A model generated the notes under the pieces. That model worked only from the letters and a program-made list of their open reading frames with translations, did no database searches and was not told the DNA's origin. Position numbers and translations under genes: made by a program. This document shows, piece by piece, positions 10,207 to 20,007 of a DNA stretch of 41,314 nucleotides (positions are counted from its first letter, which is position 1; each line of letters opens with the position of its first letter). Origin of the DNA: Bacteroidota bacterium (GTDB taxonomy: Bacteria; Bacteroidota; Bacteroidia; Chitinophagales; Chitinophagaceae); the NCBI GenBank assembly GCA_043780315.1, contig JAYWCS010000009.1:1-41314 (forward strand), read 5' to 3'.

Positions 10207-11304
10207 ATGAACAAATATTGCCGCTTGCTGATTCTACTGGTGTGTTTCCATCACCCAATTTCGGGAACAAGTCAGTCATTGCGGGAAGAAGCCGATTCGA
10301 TCCGGATCATCCGCGGCGTTCCGGGAATGGTATATGCTGTTTTCACCGCAGACAGCATTATCGAATTCAATGTGGTTGGTTTCCGGGTATTCAAACAAAA
10401 AGATTCCATTCAAAAAAAAGACCGGTTCAATATCGGAACGAATACGGCAGCACTCACTGCTTTTATCGCTGCGAATCTGGTGGATGAAGGAAAAATAAAG
10501 TGGGACAGCAAGCTACTGGATGTTTATCCTGAATTTAAAAAGAAAATATTTCCGGTTTATAAATCGATTACCCTTCAGGATCTTATAGGAAGCAGAAGCC
10601 GCATTCAGCCTTTTACGGAATTGGCTGACTGGTCTAAAACGCCCGATATCAAAGGCAACATCATTGCGAGAAGAAAAAACTTCACGTTTTGGATGATCCA
10701 ACGTAAACCAAACATGGACAATTTTCTTCAAAAGAAAATTGTATTCTCCCTGGCGGGCTATGTGATGGCTGCTTCGATGATGGAAAAAGTAACCGGTAAG
10801 GCCTGGGAGGATCTGCTAACTGAATACGTACGTAAACCACTGAAGATTTCTTTGCACTATTCCTGGCCAAACCTGACAGATCCTGCAAGTCCTTACGGGC
10901 ATTGGTCCGCCGGAAATTATTTTCGCGCAGAAGAACCCGACACCTGGTTAAAAGTCAATCCGATTTTATATCCCGCGCATGATGTCGCCCTGAATATGCC
11001 AGACTATATAAAATTTATGCAGGAAAATCTTCGCGGTTTATCGGGTGAAAAAACAATCTTGCCGCAAGCAGGTTTTGAATTTCTTTTTTTTGGCATGCCC
11101 GACTATGCGATGGGCTGGAACAATGGTAGTTTGAATGATCAGGCATTTGCCTTTCATGAGGGTATTTCCCTATTGTTTAATTGCAGAACAGAAATTCTAA
11201 AAGAAAAAAAACGCGGCATCATTGTAATGTGTAATTCGGGGGATAAGGATGGACGCGGAGCTGTGCTGGATCTGACGCGTTTGCTGGAAGAGAAATTTTT
11301 CTGA
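10207..11304 (+). CDS. Exported beta-lactamase/serine-hydrolase-fold protein with degenerate active site
   Basis: Likely start at ATG 10207 (signal peptide follows); scaffold VPG..., F.IG, LVDEGKIKWD, ITLQDL, MEKVTGK.W, H.G; SxxK reads TNTA and YxN reads FSL. Confidence 0.8.
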   Translation: MNKYCRLLILLVCFHHPISGTSQSLREEADSIRIIRGVPGMVYAVFTADSIIEFNVVGFRVFKQKDSIQKKDRFNIGTNTAALTAFIAANLVDEGKIKWDSKLLDVYPEFKKKIFPVYKSITLQDLIGSRSRIQPFTELADWSKTPDIKGNIIARRKNFTFWMIQRKPNMDNFLQKKIVFSLAGYVMAASMMEKVTGKAWEDLLTEYVRKPLKISLHYSWPNLTDPASPYGHWSAGNYFRAEEPDTWLKVNPILYPAHDVALNMPDYIKFMQENLRGLSGEKTILPQAGFEFLFFGMPDYAMGWNNGSLNDQAFAFHEGISLLFNCRTEILKEKKRGIIVMCNSGDKDGRGAVLDLTRLLEEKFF

Positions 11305-11358
11305 CCTCAATGCCCACGTGTGAATCAGAAATAAAAATAAAAATTATTTTGAACCCGT

Positions 11359-12090
11359 ATGATGAATTGCATCGCGATGATCCCGGCCAGATATGCCTCG
11401 ACACGTTTCCCAGCTAAACTGATGCAGTTGCTGGGAAATAAAACCGTCATCCGGCATACGTACGAAAATACCTTAAAGACCGGTTTGTTTGATCAGGTGA
11501 TCGTGGTAACCGACAGTTCCATCATTTATGATGAAATAAAAAATAACGGCGGAAACGCCATTATGAGTCTCAGATCGCATGAGAGCGGCAGCGACCGGAT
11601 CGCCGAAGCAGTTGAAAGTCTGGCAGTAGAGATCGTGGTAAATGTGCAGGGTGATGAACCGTTTGTCCAAAAGAAACCGCTGCAAAAATTATTGGATGTT
11701 TTCAGTAGTGATAACGGCAAACAGATTCAGGTAGCGTCTCTGATACAGCTGATGAAAGATAAAAAAAACATATCCGATCCAAACTATGTAAAGGTGGCGG
11801 TGGACCTTCAGATGAACGCGCTTTTTTTTAGTCGTAATGTAATCCCTTACCCTCGCGACCAAACCATAGCTATTCCTTATTATGAACATATCGGCGTATA
11901 TGCTTTCAGAAAGCAGGCACTGTTGAATTTCACCCGATGGCCGGTCACCACGCTGGAAGCAGCAGAAAAAATCGAATGCCTGCGTTTTCTGGAACATGGC
12001 ATACCGTTAAAAATGGTATTGACAGATTATATGGGTATTGAAATTGATACCCCGGAAGACCTGCAGCAAGCTTTAAAATTTCTGGCTTAA
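11359..12090 (+). CDS. kdsB: 3-deoxy-manno-octulosonate cytidylyltransferase (CMP-Kdo synthetase)
   Basis: IPARYASTRFPAK, SGSDR, NVQGDEP, HIGVYAF, EKIECLR, IDTPEDL. Confidence 0.96.
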   Translation: MMNCIAMIPARYASTRFPAKLMQLLGNKTVIRHTYENTLKTGLFDQVIVVTDSSIIYDEIKNNGGNAIMSLRSHESGSDRIAEAVESLAVEIVVNVQGDEPFVQKKPLQKLLDVFSSDNGKQIQVASLIQLMKDKKNISDPNYVKVAVDLQMNALFFSRNVIPYPRDQTIAIPYYEHIGVYAFRKQALLNFTRWPVTTLEAAEKIECLRFLEHGIPLKMVLTDYMGIEIDTPEDLQQALKFLA

Positions 12091-12116
12091 AAACTGAAAA
12101 TCAAAAACGAAGTCAT

Positions 12117-13028
12117 ATGAAAGACGCAATGTGGGGTATAGATCTGGGCGGCACGAAAGTAGAAGGAATTATTTTGCGAGGCGCCCTGGATCCCGAAACA
12201 ATTATCCGGACGCGCGTGGATACTGAGGCATCACAGGGCTATGATCACGTGATCGGCCAGATAGAAAAGCTGGTCGATAAAATGAAGGCTGAATCCAAAT
12301 TAAAACCCACTGTCATTGGGATCGGCACGCCGGGTATTCTGGATCCGGTAACGCACACATTGAAAAATTCCAATACGACCATCTTAAATCATCAGCCGAT
12401 AAAAAAAGATATCGAAAATCGGTTACAGTTGCCCGTTATACTGGCAAACGATGCCAACTGCTTTGCCCTGGCAGAAACAACCTGGGGTGGCGTTAAAAAA
12501 GTATCACCAAAAGCACGGATGGTTTTTGGAATAATCATGGGAACCGGTGTTGGTGGGGGACTTGTGATCGATGGAAAAATATGGGAAGGTCATCATGGCA
12601 TCGCCGGAGAGTGGGGACATAATTTTCTGGATGAATCGGGCGGCCCCTGTTATTGCGGGAAAACAGGCTGTGTAGAAAAAATAATATCCGGACCCTCGTT
12701 ACAAAAATTTTATACGTCCATCGCAGGTGTTGAAAAACATTTAAAAGAAATCGTAGCAACGGTTGATACCGATCCCTATGCCCGTCATACCATCGACCGA
12801 TTGAACCACTTCTTTGGCAAAGCGGTATCCTCTATCACCAACATGCTCGATCCGGATATCATTGTCGTGGGCGGCGGAGTGGGGAATATCGACGAAATTT
12901 ACACGGCTGGTGCAGCCAGTCTGAAACATTTTATTTTTAATAACTATTGTACCGTGCCGGTTATCCGGCCGGAGCTCGGCGACAGTGCCGGTGTCTTTGG
13001 CGCAGCTGCACTAACACAGAATAATTAA
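12117..13028 (+). CDS. ROK family sugar kinase (Mak/fructokinase-like)
   Basis: GIDLGGTK, ANDANCFALAE, GTGVGGG, AGEWGH, Zn motif CYCGKTGCVE; no N-terminal HTH. Confidence 0.9.
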   Translation: MKDAMWGIDLGGTKVEGIILRGALDPETIIRTRVDTEASQGYDHVIGQIEKLVDKMKAESKLKPTVIGIGTPGILDPVTHTLKNSNTTILNHQPIKKDIENRLQLPVILANDANCFALAETTWGGVKKVSPKARMVFGIIMGTGVGGGLVIDGKIWEGHHGIAGEWGHNFLDESGGPCYCGKTGCVEKIISGPSLQKFYTSIAGVEKHLKEIVATVDTDPYARHTIDRLNHFFGKAVSSITNMLDPDIIVVGGGVGNIDEIYTAGAASLKHFIFNNYCTVPVIRPELGDSAGVFGAAALTQNN

Positions 13029-13075
13029 TTTATGAACTGGCCATGTATTCAAACGCCGGGCCCTAAGACTAAAAT

Positions 13076-14152
13076 ATGATGAAGTTCCAAAATTTCAAGA
13101 TGGTCAGTTATGTCGTGTATGGCAGAGGAAGTTTTAATCAGCTGGAAGAAATTTTAGCTCCGCAACGAAAAGGCAAGTCACCCATGATTTTTCTGCTAGA
13201 TCATTTTTTTGAAAATTCAGCACTGGCGGGTCGAATACCGCTGCATCCAAGTGATAAGATTATTTACGCCGATGTAACTCAGGAGCCAAAAACAAAACAG
13301 GTAGACGCACTGGCCAATCAGTTAAAAGCGGAATTCGGAACGGTCAGCGGCGTGATCGGAATCGGTGGCGGTTCCGTGATGGACCTGGCCAAAGCGGTTT
13401 CGCTGATGATGACCAATCCCGGTTCTTCGGCAGACTATCAGGGATGGGATCTCGTAAAATTACCAGGCGTTTATAAAGCCGGTATTCCAACGTTAAGTGG
13501 TACCGGCGCAGAAGTCTCGCGCACAACCGTTCTCACGGGCCCGACCCGTAAGCTGGGCATGAACTCCGATTTTACTCCTTTCGATCAAATTATACTTGAT
13601 CCGGAGCTGACCGCGGGTGCTCCCGAGAATCAGCGATTTTTCACCGGCATGGATTGTTATATTCATTGCATAGAAAGTTTAACCGGAACTTTTTTGAATG
13701 AATTCAGCAAATCCTATGGAGAAAAAGCCCTCAACCTTTGCCAGGAAGTTTTTCTGGGAGATGGGGCATGGAGTACACAACATGATGATAAGCTCATGAT
13801 GGCTTCCTATGCCGGCGGAATGAGTATCGCGTATTCTCAGGTGGGCGTTGCTCATGCCGTGAGTTACGGCCTGGGCTACCTGCTGGGAACAAAACACGGG
13901 GTGAGCAACTGTATCGTATTCGATAAACTGGAATCGTATTATCCGGTTGGAGTACGGGAATTCAAACAAATGGTGGAAAAAAACCACATTCAAATACCAC
14001 AGCATATCACAAAGGGCCTATCGGATGAACAGTTCGATATCATGATTGATGTTTCACTAGGCATGAAACCGCTCTGGGAGAATGCACTTGGTCCCGATTG
14101 GGAAAAGCAGATGACAAGAGAAAAACTGAGAACACTTTACGAAAAGTTGTAA
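13076..14152 (+). CDS. kdnB: Iron-containing alcohol dehydrogenase family protein, KdnB-like (Kdo 8-oxidase)
   Basis: F.NFK....GRGSF.QL, GGGSVMDLAKAVSLM.TNPG.S..YQGWDL, GMDCYIHC.ESL.GTFLNEFSK, GGMSIAYSQVG..HAVSYGL; matches my recollection of Shewanella KdnB; close to kdsB. Confidence 0.8.
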   Translation: MMKFQNFKMVSYVVYGRGSFNQLEEILAPQRKGKSPMIFLLDHFFENSALAGRIPLHPSDKIIYADVTQEPKTKQVDALANQLKAEFGTVSGVIGIGGGSVMDLAKAVSLMMTNPGSSADYQGWDLVKLPGVYKAGIPTLSGTGAEVSRTTVLTGPTRKLGMNSDFTPFDQIILDPELTAGAPENQRFFTGMDCYIHCIESLTGTFLNEFSKSYGEKALNLCQEVFLGDGAWSTQHDDKLMMASYAGGMSIAYSQVGVAHAVSYGLGYLLGTKHGVSNCIVFDKLESYYPVGVREFKQMVEKNHIQIPQHITKGLSDEQFDIMIDVSLGMKPLWENALGPDWEKQMTREKLRTLYEKL

Positions 14153-14200
14153 TAAAACTTTTGCTTTAAGGCTTAACCGTCTTTTATACCTATTCGGCAT

Positions 14201-14208
14201 TACTTTTG
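14201..14208 (+). promoter_or_regulatory. Bacteroidota -7 promoter element TACTTTTG
   Basis: Exact TAnnTTTG match 71 nt upstream of the GT14 gene. Confidence 0.55.
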
Positions 14209-14279
14209 CTGATTTTAAATGAGTTCCATGTCGTTGGACTGCACTAAATCCTTTAAACCCCTGTTAACTCTAAAGAATA

Positions 14280-15125
14280 ATGCGGATCGCGTGTATAATA
14301 ATGGCCCATCGAGATCCTCTTCAGATAGAGCGCCTGATTAATAAATTCAGCCCTTTACCGTTTGATTTTTTTATACATCTTGATAAAAAGGTTAATGAAA
14401 CTTCTTTTCTTTACTTAGCGAATCTTCCACAGGTATATTTTATTGAGAAAAGAATTCGGGTTCGCTGGGCTTCCTATAGTTTTTTAACTGCCGTGCTTCA
14501 ATCATTCAGGGAAGTACTGAGCAGTAGCAATAAATATGATTTTATCAGTATCATGAGTGGCCAGGATTATCCTATCAAACCGGTTGATGCGATCTATAAT
14601 TTACTGGAATCAAATAAAGGAAAAAATTTCATCTGTTTCGAAGAAAGTAATGAATGGTGGAGTCATGCCATTACGCGGATCAATCAATATCATTTTACAA
14701 ATTTTGATTTCAGGGGCAGATACCGCATTCAGTTTTTTCTGAATTTCTTACTTCCAAATAGAAAATTTCCTTTACCCTATATGCTTTATGGCGGTTCGAG
14801 GGCGATGTGTATGACCATTGGGTCCGATTGCGCCGAATACATTTTAAATTTTATTGAATCTGATAAAAAGCTCCGGCGATTTATATGGTTTACCTGGGGT
14901 CCGGATGAATTTGTCATTCCCACCCTAATCATGAATTCAAAATTCAGCCAGTCGGTCGTAAATAATAATTTCTATTATATTGATTGGTCGAAGGGAGGCG
15001 CAAATCCCAAAACACTTACCGTAGAAGATTTTAGCGTTTTATCTACCTCTGATAAAATGCTGGCGCGTAAATTTGATTTGCAACAGGATCCGGTAATACT
15101 GGATATGCTGGACAAAATGAATTAA
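14280..15125 (+). CDS. Core-2/I-branching beta-1,6-N-acetylglucosaminyltransferase-like protein (GT14)
   Basis: IA.II.AH, FIHLDKK, V.W..S, SGQDYPIK, PDE..I.T, YIDW, ARKFD. Confidence 0.9.
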   Translation: MRIACIIMAHRDPLQIERLINKFSPLPFDFFIHLDKKVNETSFLYLANLPQVYFIEKRIRVRWASYSFLTAVLQSFREVLSSSNKYDFISIMSGQDYPIKPVDAIYNLLESNKGKNFICFEESNEWWSHAITRINQYHFTNFDFRGRYRIQFFLNFLLPNRKFPLPYMLYGGSRAMCMTIGSDCAEYILNFIESDKKLRRFIWFTWGPDEFVIPTLIMNSKFSQSVVNNNFYYIDWSKGGANPKTLTVEDFSVLSTSDKMLARKFDLQQDPVILDMLDKMN

Positions 15126-15139
15126 TTCAGCAATCTTAT

Positions 15140-17083
15140 TTACTTTTCATCTCCATGCGGCAACGTTTTAAATACTGCTTCGTCTACCTGCACCAAATAT
15201 ATTTTTTTTAATTCGGCAATCCATTCATTCTCCAATTCATTCTGATAATCGTTTATTCCAAGGCCCCGGGCCTGATCAAAGCTCCTGGGAGAAGATTTTA
15301 CATATTCCCGAATGATATAGGCGAACTGTACCGATTGATCCTTATGAATCTGAAATTCAGTGAAGGTTCCTACTTTCATCGGAAGAAGATTGCCGGGCAA
15401 CTGTTTCTGTTCAAAGCGGCCGGAATCGACCTGAATGCCGGCACCGCTAAAATGATCGATTGTGGTTCGCCAGTGTGTGATATCCGATTCGAGCAATTTC
15501 TGCAATTTTTCTCCTGTTTCCCGGTTGCCTGCACTAAAAACAATCGCTTCTTTCCCCGGCTTCCACCAGTAGTTTTGAGTATGGGATGAAAAATATTTTT
15601 CCAATCCATTGGAATCAGCTGCCGCTTTCTCCCATACCTGACGTTGCATGATATCAAATAATAAATTACCATCCTGAAACTCGGCCACCTGCGCAGCAAA
15701 TGTTTTATTATACTCCTCCAAATGATTTCTATAATATTCGAACGCGGCGGTTTGCCTGTAGGTATCGAATATCGCAGCAGGTGTGCGGCCATTGACCAGT
15801 GAAAGATTGGATCTGATACTTTTCCGGTAAGCAATCCAGTCGCCGACACGGAATAATTTACCGGAGAACTGAAACAGTGGTGACTGATCGTTTATTCCGG
15901 TCCGTGCGGACGGTTTTTTATTCTGCAGAAGGCTGTCCGTATAATCCCAAAATGGTTGATCCGGATTAATGAATGCTTTAAATTTTGTTTGAATCAAAAT
16001 GTTCTGCAACATATGTTTTCGGGAAACGGCCACCCTCGGATCGGTCTTCACCCGCTCCTTAAAAGTTTCCAATACTTTCTGGTCGGCTACCAACGCAACA
16101 GGTTTTTTTGAAATTCTTTTGATGATATGATATCCGAATTCCGAAGCAAAAGGCGCCGACAGATCCCCGTCTTTTTTTAATTTGAATGCTGCCTCTTCAA
16201 ATCCTGACTCGTATTTACCGATGCCGAATTCAGGCAATATACCACCCGTCTGATAAGATAAATTATCACCACTGAATTTTTTAGCCAACTCACCAAAATC
16301 AGCACCCGCCTGCAACGCAAGATAGATAGAATCAGCCCGGCGTTTGGTATCGGCCTTCGCTGCGTCATTCGCCTGGTAAGGAAAAATTAATAATATCTGT
16401 GCAATATGTATTCGTCCCACGCCATTTCTTTGAACCGTTTTTTTCACGATCATATAGCCACCGTCCGTTCTGAAAGCATTACTGTATTTACCTACCGGAG
16501 TGTTGTATGCAACGGTTTCCATCGTATAAGGCAGATCAAAAACTGTTACAAAACCAATAGCGCCACGATTATTTTTAACATCCGGATCGGCAGAATACTG
16601 AATCGCAACCGATTCAAAATCTTTTTTAGCTTTCAATGCGGCATAAGCCTCCTGAATTTTTTGAAATGCTTTGAGGGTATCGGCAGGAATGGTATTTTTT
16701 GAACAGGTAACATAAATATAAGATAGCCGAATATCCAGCTGACTTCTGTTAAATGCCTCTGCAGCCATACTATTCAGACTTCCTTCATCATTAGTATACT
16801 GGTCTGCAATCTGATTTTTAAAATTCTGCAGTTCCGAAATTTGCCCCGGCAGGGTATCCAGTTTACTGGCAAAGGCAGCCTGAACTTTCAACCGGTAACG
16901 AATATAGAGATCCAGATAATCGCGGTATGCTTTTACAGTAGCTTTTGTATTTGCATTATTTTTCCTAAAAGCCGTGAGAAATTCGTCCCTCGAAATAATA
17001 TGATTGCCATATCGAACAAGCGTCTGACCGAAAAATGATTTGGAGTAAATGAGCAGGAAGAGGATCAGTACAACATTCTTCAT
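15140..17083 (-). CDS. Periplasmic parvulin-type peptidyl-prolyl isomerase (SurA/PpiC-like, two rotamase domains)
   Basis: Signal peptide; F..VA.QYS.DP and FGELAKKFSGD...GG.L..F, FEEAAF, GYHIIK. Confidence 0.9.
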   Translation of the reverse strand: MKNVVLILFLLIYSKSFFGQTLVRYGNHIISRDEFLTAFRKNNANTKATVKAYRDYLDLYIRYRLKVQAAFASKLDTLPGQISELQNFKNQIADQYTNDEGSLNSMAAEAFNRSQLDIRLSYIYVTCSKNTIPADTLKAFQKIQEAYAALKAKKDFESVAIQYSADPDVKNNRGAIGFVTVFDLPYTMETVAYNTPVGKYSNAFRTDGGYMIVKKTVQRNGVGRIHIAQILLIFPYQANDAAKADTKRRADSIYLALQAGADFGELAKKFSGDNLSYQTGGILPEFGIGKYESGFEEAAFKLKKDGDLSAPFASEFGYHIIKRISKKPVALVADQKVLETFKERVKTDPRVAVSRKHMLQNILIQTKFKAFINPDQPFWDYTDSLLQNKKPSARTGINDQSPLFQFSGKLFRVGDWIAYRKSIRSNLSLVNGRTPAAIFDTYRQTAAFEYYRNHLEEYNKTFAAQVAEFQDGNLLFDIMQRQVWEKAAADSNGLEKYFSSHTQNYWWKPGKEAIVFSAGNRETGEKLQKLLESDITHWRTTIDHFSGAGIQVDSGRFEQKQLPGNLLPMKVGTFTEFQIHKDQSVQFAYIIREYVKSSPRSFDQARGLGINDYQNELENEWIAELKKIYLVQVDEAVFKTLPHGDEK

Positions 17084-17084
17084 A

Positions 17085-18536
17085 TCACGGCGTATTAACC
17101 TTTTTTAGTTTGAGGTTGATCACTTCATCCACCTGCTCATAGGAAAGTTTTTTTGCTACGATCCGCTTATCCTTATCGAGTAGAAAAAGAATGGGCGTTT
17201 GATAAACATCATATAACTGTCGGAAATCGGGTCGTCCGGCAGTAGCTTCCGCATCATGCTGGGCCGTTGTCTGGTAAACGTTTATCCAATCGCCCAAATT
17301 GTGATCCCGGATGAATTTCCGCCAGTTTTCCTGCCCCCCGTCGACCATCACACTAAAAATCTGAACCCCCTCATATTTCCATTTCGCCTCGTAGATCGAA
17401 TCCAGTTTGGGTATCGTTTCTTTACAATGACTGCAGGTAGGATCCCAAAAACAAATCAGCACAAAGTTGGCGGGTACTTCATAGAGCGAGCGCACCTTCC
17501 CGGCGGTATCGGTCATCTCCAGGTTTGGAGCGGACTGGCCGATGAGGTTGGCCATAATGCTGTAAGCGCGGTCGTTTACATATTTCCGGTATTTCTCGGT
17601 AAAAAAATCAGCTTGCCCGGTGTTGATATATTTTTCAAACAGATGAATAAAAACCGCGTCCTGACCCATGTATTCGGGATTTATATATTTCTGGGTGAAA
17701 AAGACAAACAAAAATTTAAACATGTCTTTGTTGGTCCGCGAGAACAATAACATGTGGTCGATCTCCCGATTAATAGAATCCGGTTCAGGTGACACCAGGT
17801 CTTTATAATAGCGTTCTAATTTCGGTTCAAAAATGGGTGTGCGGATCAGGCGGTCGTCCGTAAATGAAATATTATCCCAGTAGTGTGCCTTATAGTAACG
17901 ATAGGCGAATGTACTGTCGGGGCGACCATTGGGCAGCATCGGTGTGGATGGAACGGCCGGTTCCTTTAATACGCTGAGCAAAGCAGCTAACAACGAATTC
18001 GGATCTTTACTTTGAATTTCTTCGCGATATTTTTTTACTTCTTCATTTACCCCGCGCATCTTTTCTTTCAAAGCTGCCGAGTCTTTTTTTGATTTGGTTT
18101 GCGCCAGCTGCGTTTGCATGCCAGCGATCTGCTTACCATGAAGATTCATGAATTCTGTGTAAGCAAGAAAGGAAGTGTTTTCCGGTGAACCGGTAAAAAC
18201 AATACTTCCAGGTAAACGCGCTGAATCGGCTATTATGGAGAAATGCTGTTGCTGGTCGATGAGTAATTCAAACAGGATTTCTTTTTTCGGCGAAACGATA
18301 AAGTAGATCCCGCCGGGTAATTTTTCTTTGCCTTTAAATTCCCCTTCCGATTGGTCGTTCAGAATCACGGAATCTGTCACAGCCTTTACTTTCCCGTAGT
18401 GATAACCCAGGTATATTTTGCTGTTCACAAAGGGTTTCAACTTCAGCCGGATGGCATAGCCCTGTGAATAACCACAAAAAACGGGCAGCAGAAAAAAGAG
18501 GACAAAAAAAGTCTTTTTGAATAAAAGGTTGGTCAT
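17085..18536 (-). CDS. Exported TlpA/redoxin-domain protein (DUF5106-type N-terminus)
   Basis: Signal peptide; YY..HYWDN; C-terminal thioredoxin fold FWDPTCSHCK, Y.V..TP..FLLDKDK.I.AK. Confidence 0.85.
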   Translation of the reverse strand: MTNLLFKKTFFVLFFLLPVFCGYSQGYAIRLKLKPFVNSKIYLGYHYGKVKAVTDSVILNDQSEGEFKGKEKLPGGIYFIVSPKKEILFELLIDQQQHFSIIADSARLPGSIVFTGSPENTSFLAYTEFMNLHGKQIAGMQTQLAQTKSKKDSAALKEKMRGVNEEVKKYREEIQSKDPNSLLAALLSVLKEPAVPSTPMLPNGRPDSTFAYRYYKAHYWDNISFTDDRLIRTPIFEPKLERYYKDLVSPEPDSINREIDHMLLFSRTNKDMFKFLFVFFTQKYINPEYMGQDAVFIHLFEKYINTGQADFFTEKYRKYVNDRAYSIMANLIGQSAPNLEMTDTAGKVRSLYEVPANFVLICFWDPTCSHCKETIPKLDSIYEAKWKYEGVQIFSVMVDGGQENWRKFIRDHNLGDWINVYQTTAQHDAEATAGRPDFRQLYDVYQTPILFLLDKDKRIVAKKLSYEQVDEVINLKLKKVNTP

Positions 18537-18542
18537 AGGATT

Positions 18543-18568
18543 GCTAAATTAAGATAATCCTACATTTG
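18543..18568. promoter_or_regulatory. Back-to-back divergent -7 elements: TACATTTG (+, 18561-18568, rlmD) and TAATTTAG (-, redoxin gene)
   Basis: The 37-bp intergenic gap holds one exact and one near match to TAnnTTTG on opposite strands. Confidence 0.55.
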
Positions 18569-18573
18569 CCGTC

Positions 18574-19980
18574 GTGGGAAAAAAGAAAAATATTGTTTTA
18601 GAAAACCTGCTGGTAACCGGTTACGCTGCAGAAGGGAAGTGCCTGGCACGGCATGAAGGGAAAGTAATTTTCATGGAACACGCCGTTCCCGGAGATGTTG
18701 TCACGGTCCGGTTAACCAAAAACAAAAAGGATTGGGCCGAAGCACAGGTGATAAAAATCACCCAATTTTCAGCTGAACGGATCCAGCCGTTTTGCAAACA
18801 TTTCGGTGTTTGCGGTGGTTGCCAATGGCAAATGCTCTCCTATGAAAAACAGTTGGAATATAAGCAGGACCAGGTAGTACAAAGTCTGAAGCGCATTGGA
18901 AAACTGGAATTACCGGAGATCCCGGCCATCCTGGGTTCCGACAGAATCACCGGCTACCGGAACAAACTCGAATATACCTTTTCCAATCGCCGGTATCTAT
19001 TGAGAGAAGAGTTATCGAATCCGGAGATTTCCACCCTGCATAACGCCGCCGGATTTCATGCCCGCGGAATTTTCGATAAGGTGGTGGACGTGGACACCTG
19101 CTATCTGCAGGATGAGCCCACTAATTTCATCCGTAAGGAAATCAAACGATGGGGCATCGAAAACGGAGTTTCTTTTTATGACATACAACGTCATGAAGGA
19201 TATCTGCGAACGGTACAGGTGAGGCTCTGCCGCACGGGAGAGATTATGGTGAATGTCGTTTTTGGCTATCTGGATGAGAATATGCAAAATGCCCTGCTCA
19301 CGCACCTGCAAAATCTGTTTCCGGCCATTACCACCCTGCTCTCTACCATTAACCCCAAGTGGAACGATAGTCTCAACGATCTTCAGCCGATAACTTTTTA
19401 TGGAAAAGGATATGTGGTGGAGAAGCTGGAACGTTTTTCGTTTAAAATCGGGCCGAAGTCTTTCTTCCAGACAAACACTGCCCAAGCCGAACGTTTATAT
19501 CAGGTAGTGCGTGCCTTCGCGGCACTGACCGGTGAAGAAACGATTTTTGATCTCTACTGCGGAACCGGCAGTATTGGAATTTTTCTGAGCGACCAGGTGA
19601 AAAAACTTATTGGCATCGAGCTGATCCCGGAAGCGATTGCAGACGCAAAAGAAAATGCTTTGTTAAATCATGTGGAACATGCAGCTTTTTTTGCAGGAGA
19701 TGTTTCTGTTATTTGTGACGATGCCTTTTTTGCGCTGCATGGGCGGCCGGACCTGATTATTTCTGATCCGCCCAGGGCCGGCATGTCGGATAAACTGGTG
19801 GCCAAGCTGCTGGAAATCGCAGCTGAAAAAATTATTTATGTGAGCTGTAACCCGGCTACCCAGGCCCGCGACCTGCAATTGCTATCGGAGAAATATACTA
19901 TTTCAGCTGTACAACCCGTTGATATGTTTCCGCATACCCTTCATATCGAAAATGTGACTGCGCTTTTCTTAAAACATTAA
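18574..19980 (+). CDS. rlmD: 23S rRNA (uracil-1939-C5)-methyltransferase (GTG start)
   Basis: TRAM domain, CKHFGVCGGCQW Fe-S motif, SFFQTN, DLYCGTG, DPPRAG, YVSCNPATQARD, DMFPHT.H.E. Confidence 0.95.
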   Translation: MGKKKNIVLENLLVTGYAAEGKCLARHEGKVIFMEHAVPGDVVTVRLTKNKKDWAEAQVIKITQFSAERIQPFCKHFGVCGGCQWQMLSYEKQLEYKQDQVVQSLKRIGKLELPEIPAILGSDRITGYRNKLEYTFSNRRYLLREELSNPEISTLHNAAGFHARGIFDKVVDVDTCYLQDEPTNFIRKEIKRWGIENGVSFYDIQRHEGYLRTVQVRLCRTGEIMVNVVFGYLDENMQNALLTHLQNLFPAITTLLSTINPKWNDSLNDLQPITFYGKGYVVEKLERFSFKIGPKSFFQTNTAQAERLYQVVRAFAALTGEETIFDLYCGTGSIGIFLSDQVKKLIGIELIPEAIADAKENALLNHVEHAAFFAGDVSVICDDAFFALHGRPDLIISDPPRAGMSDKLVAKLLEIAAEKIIYVSCNPATQARDLQLLSEKYTISAVQPVDMFPHTLHIENVTALFLKH

Positions 19981-20007
19981 CTTGCAGTCAGTAATTTTTT
20001 TTGACTT

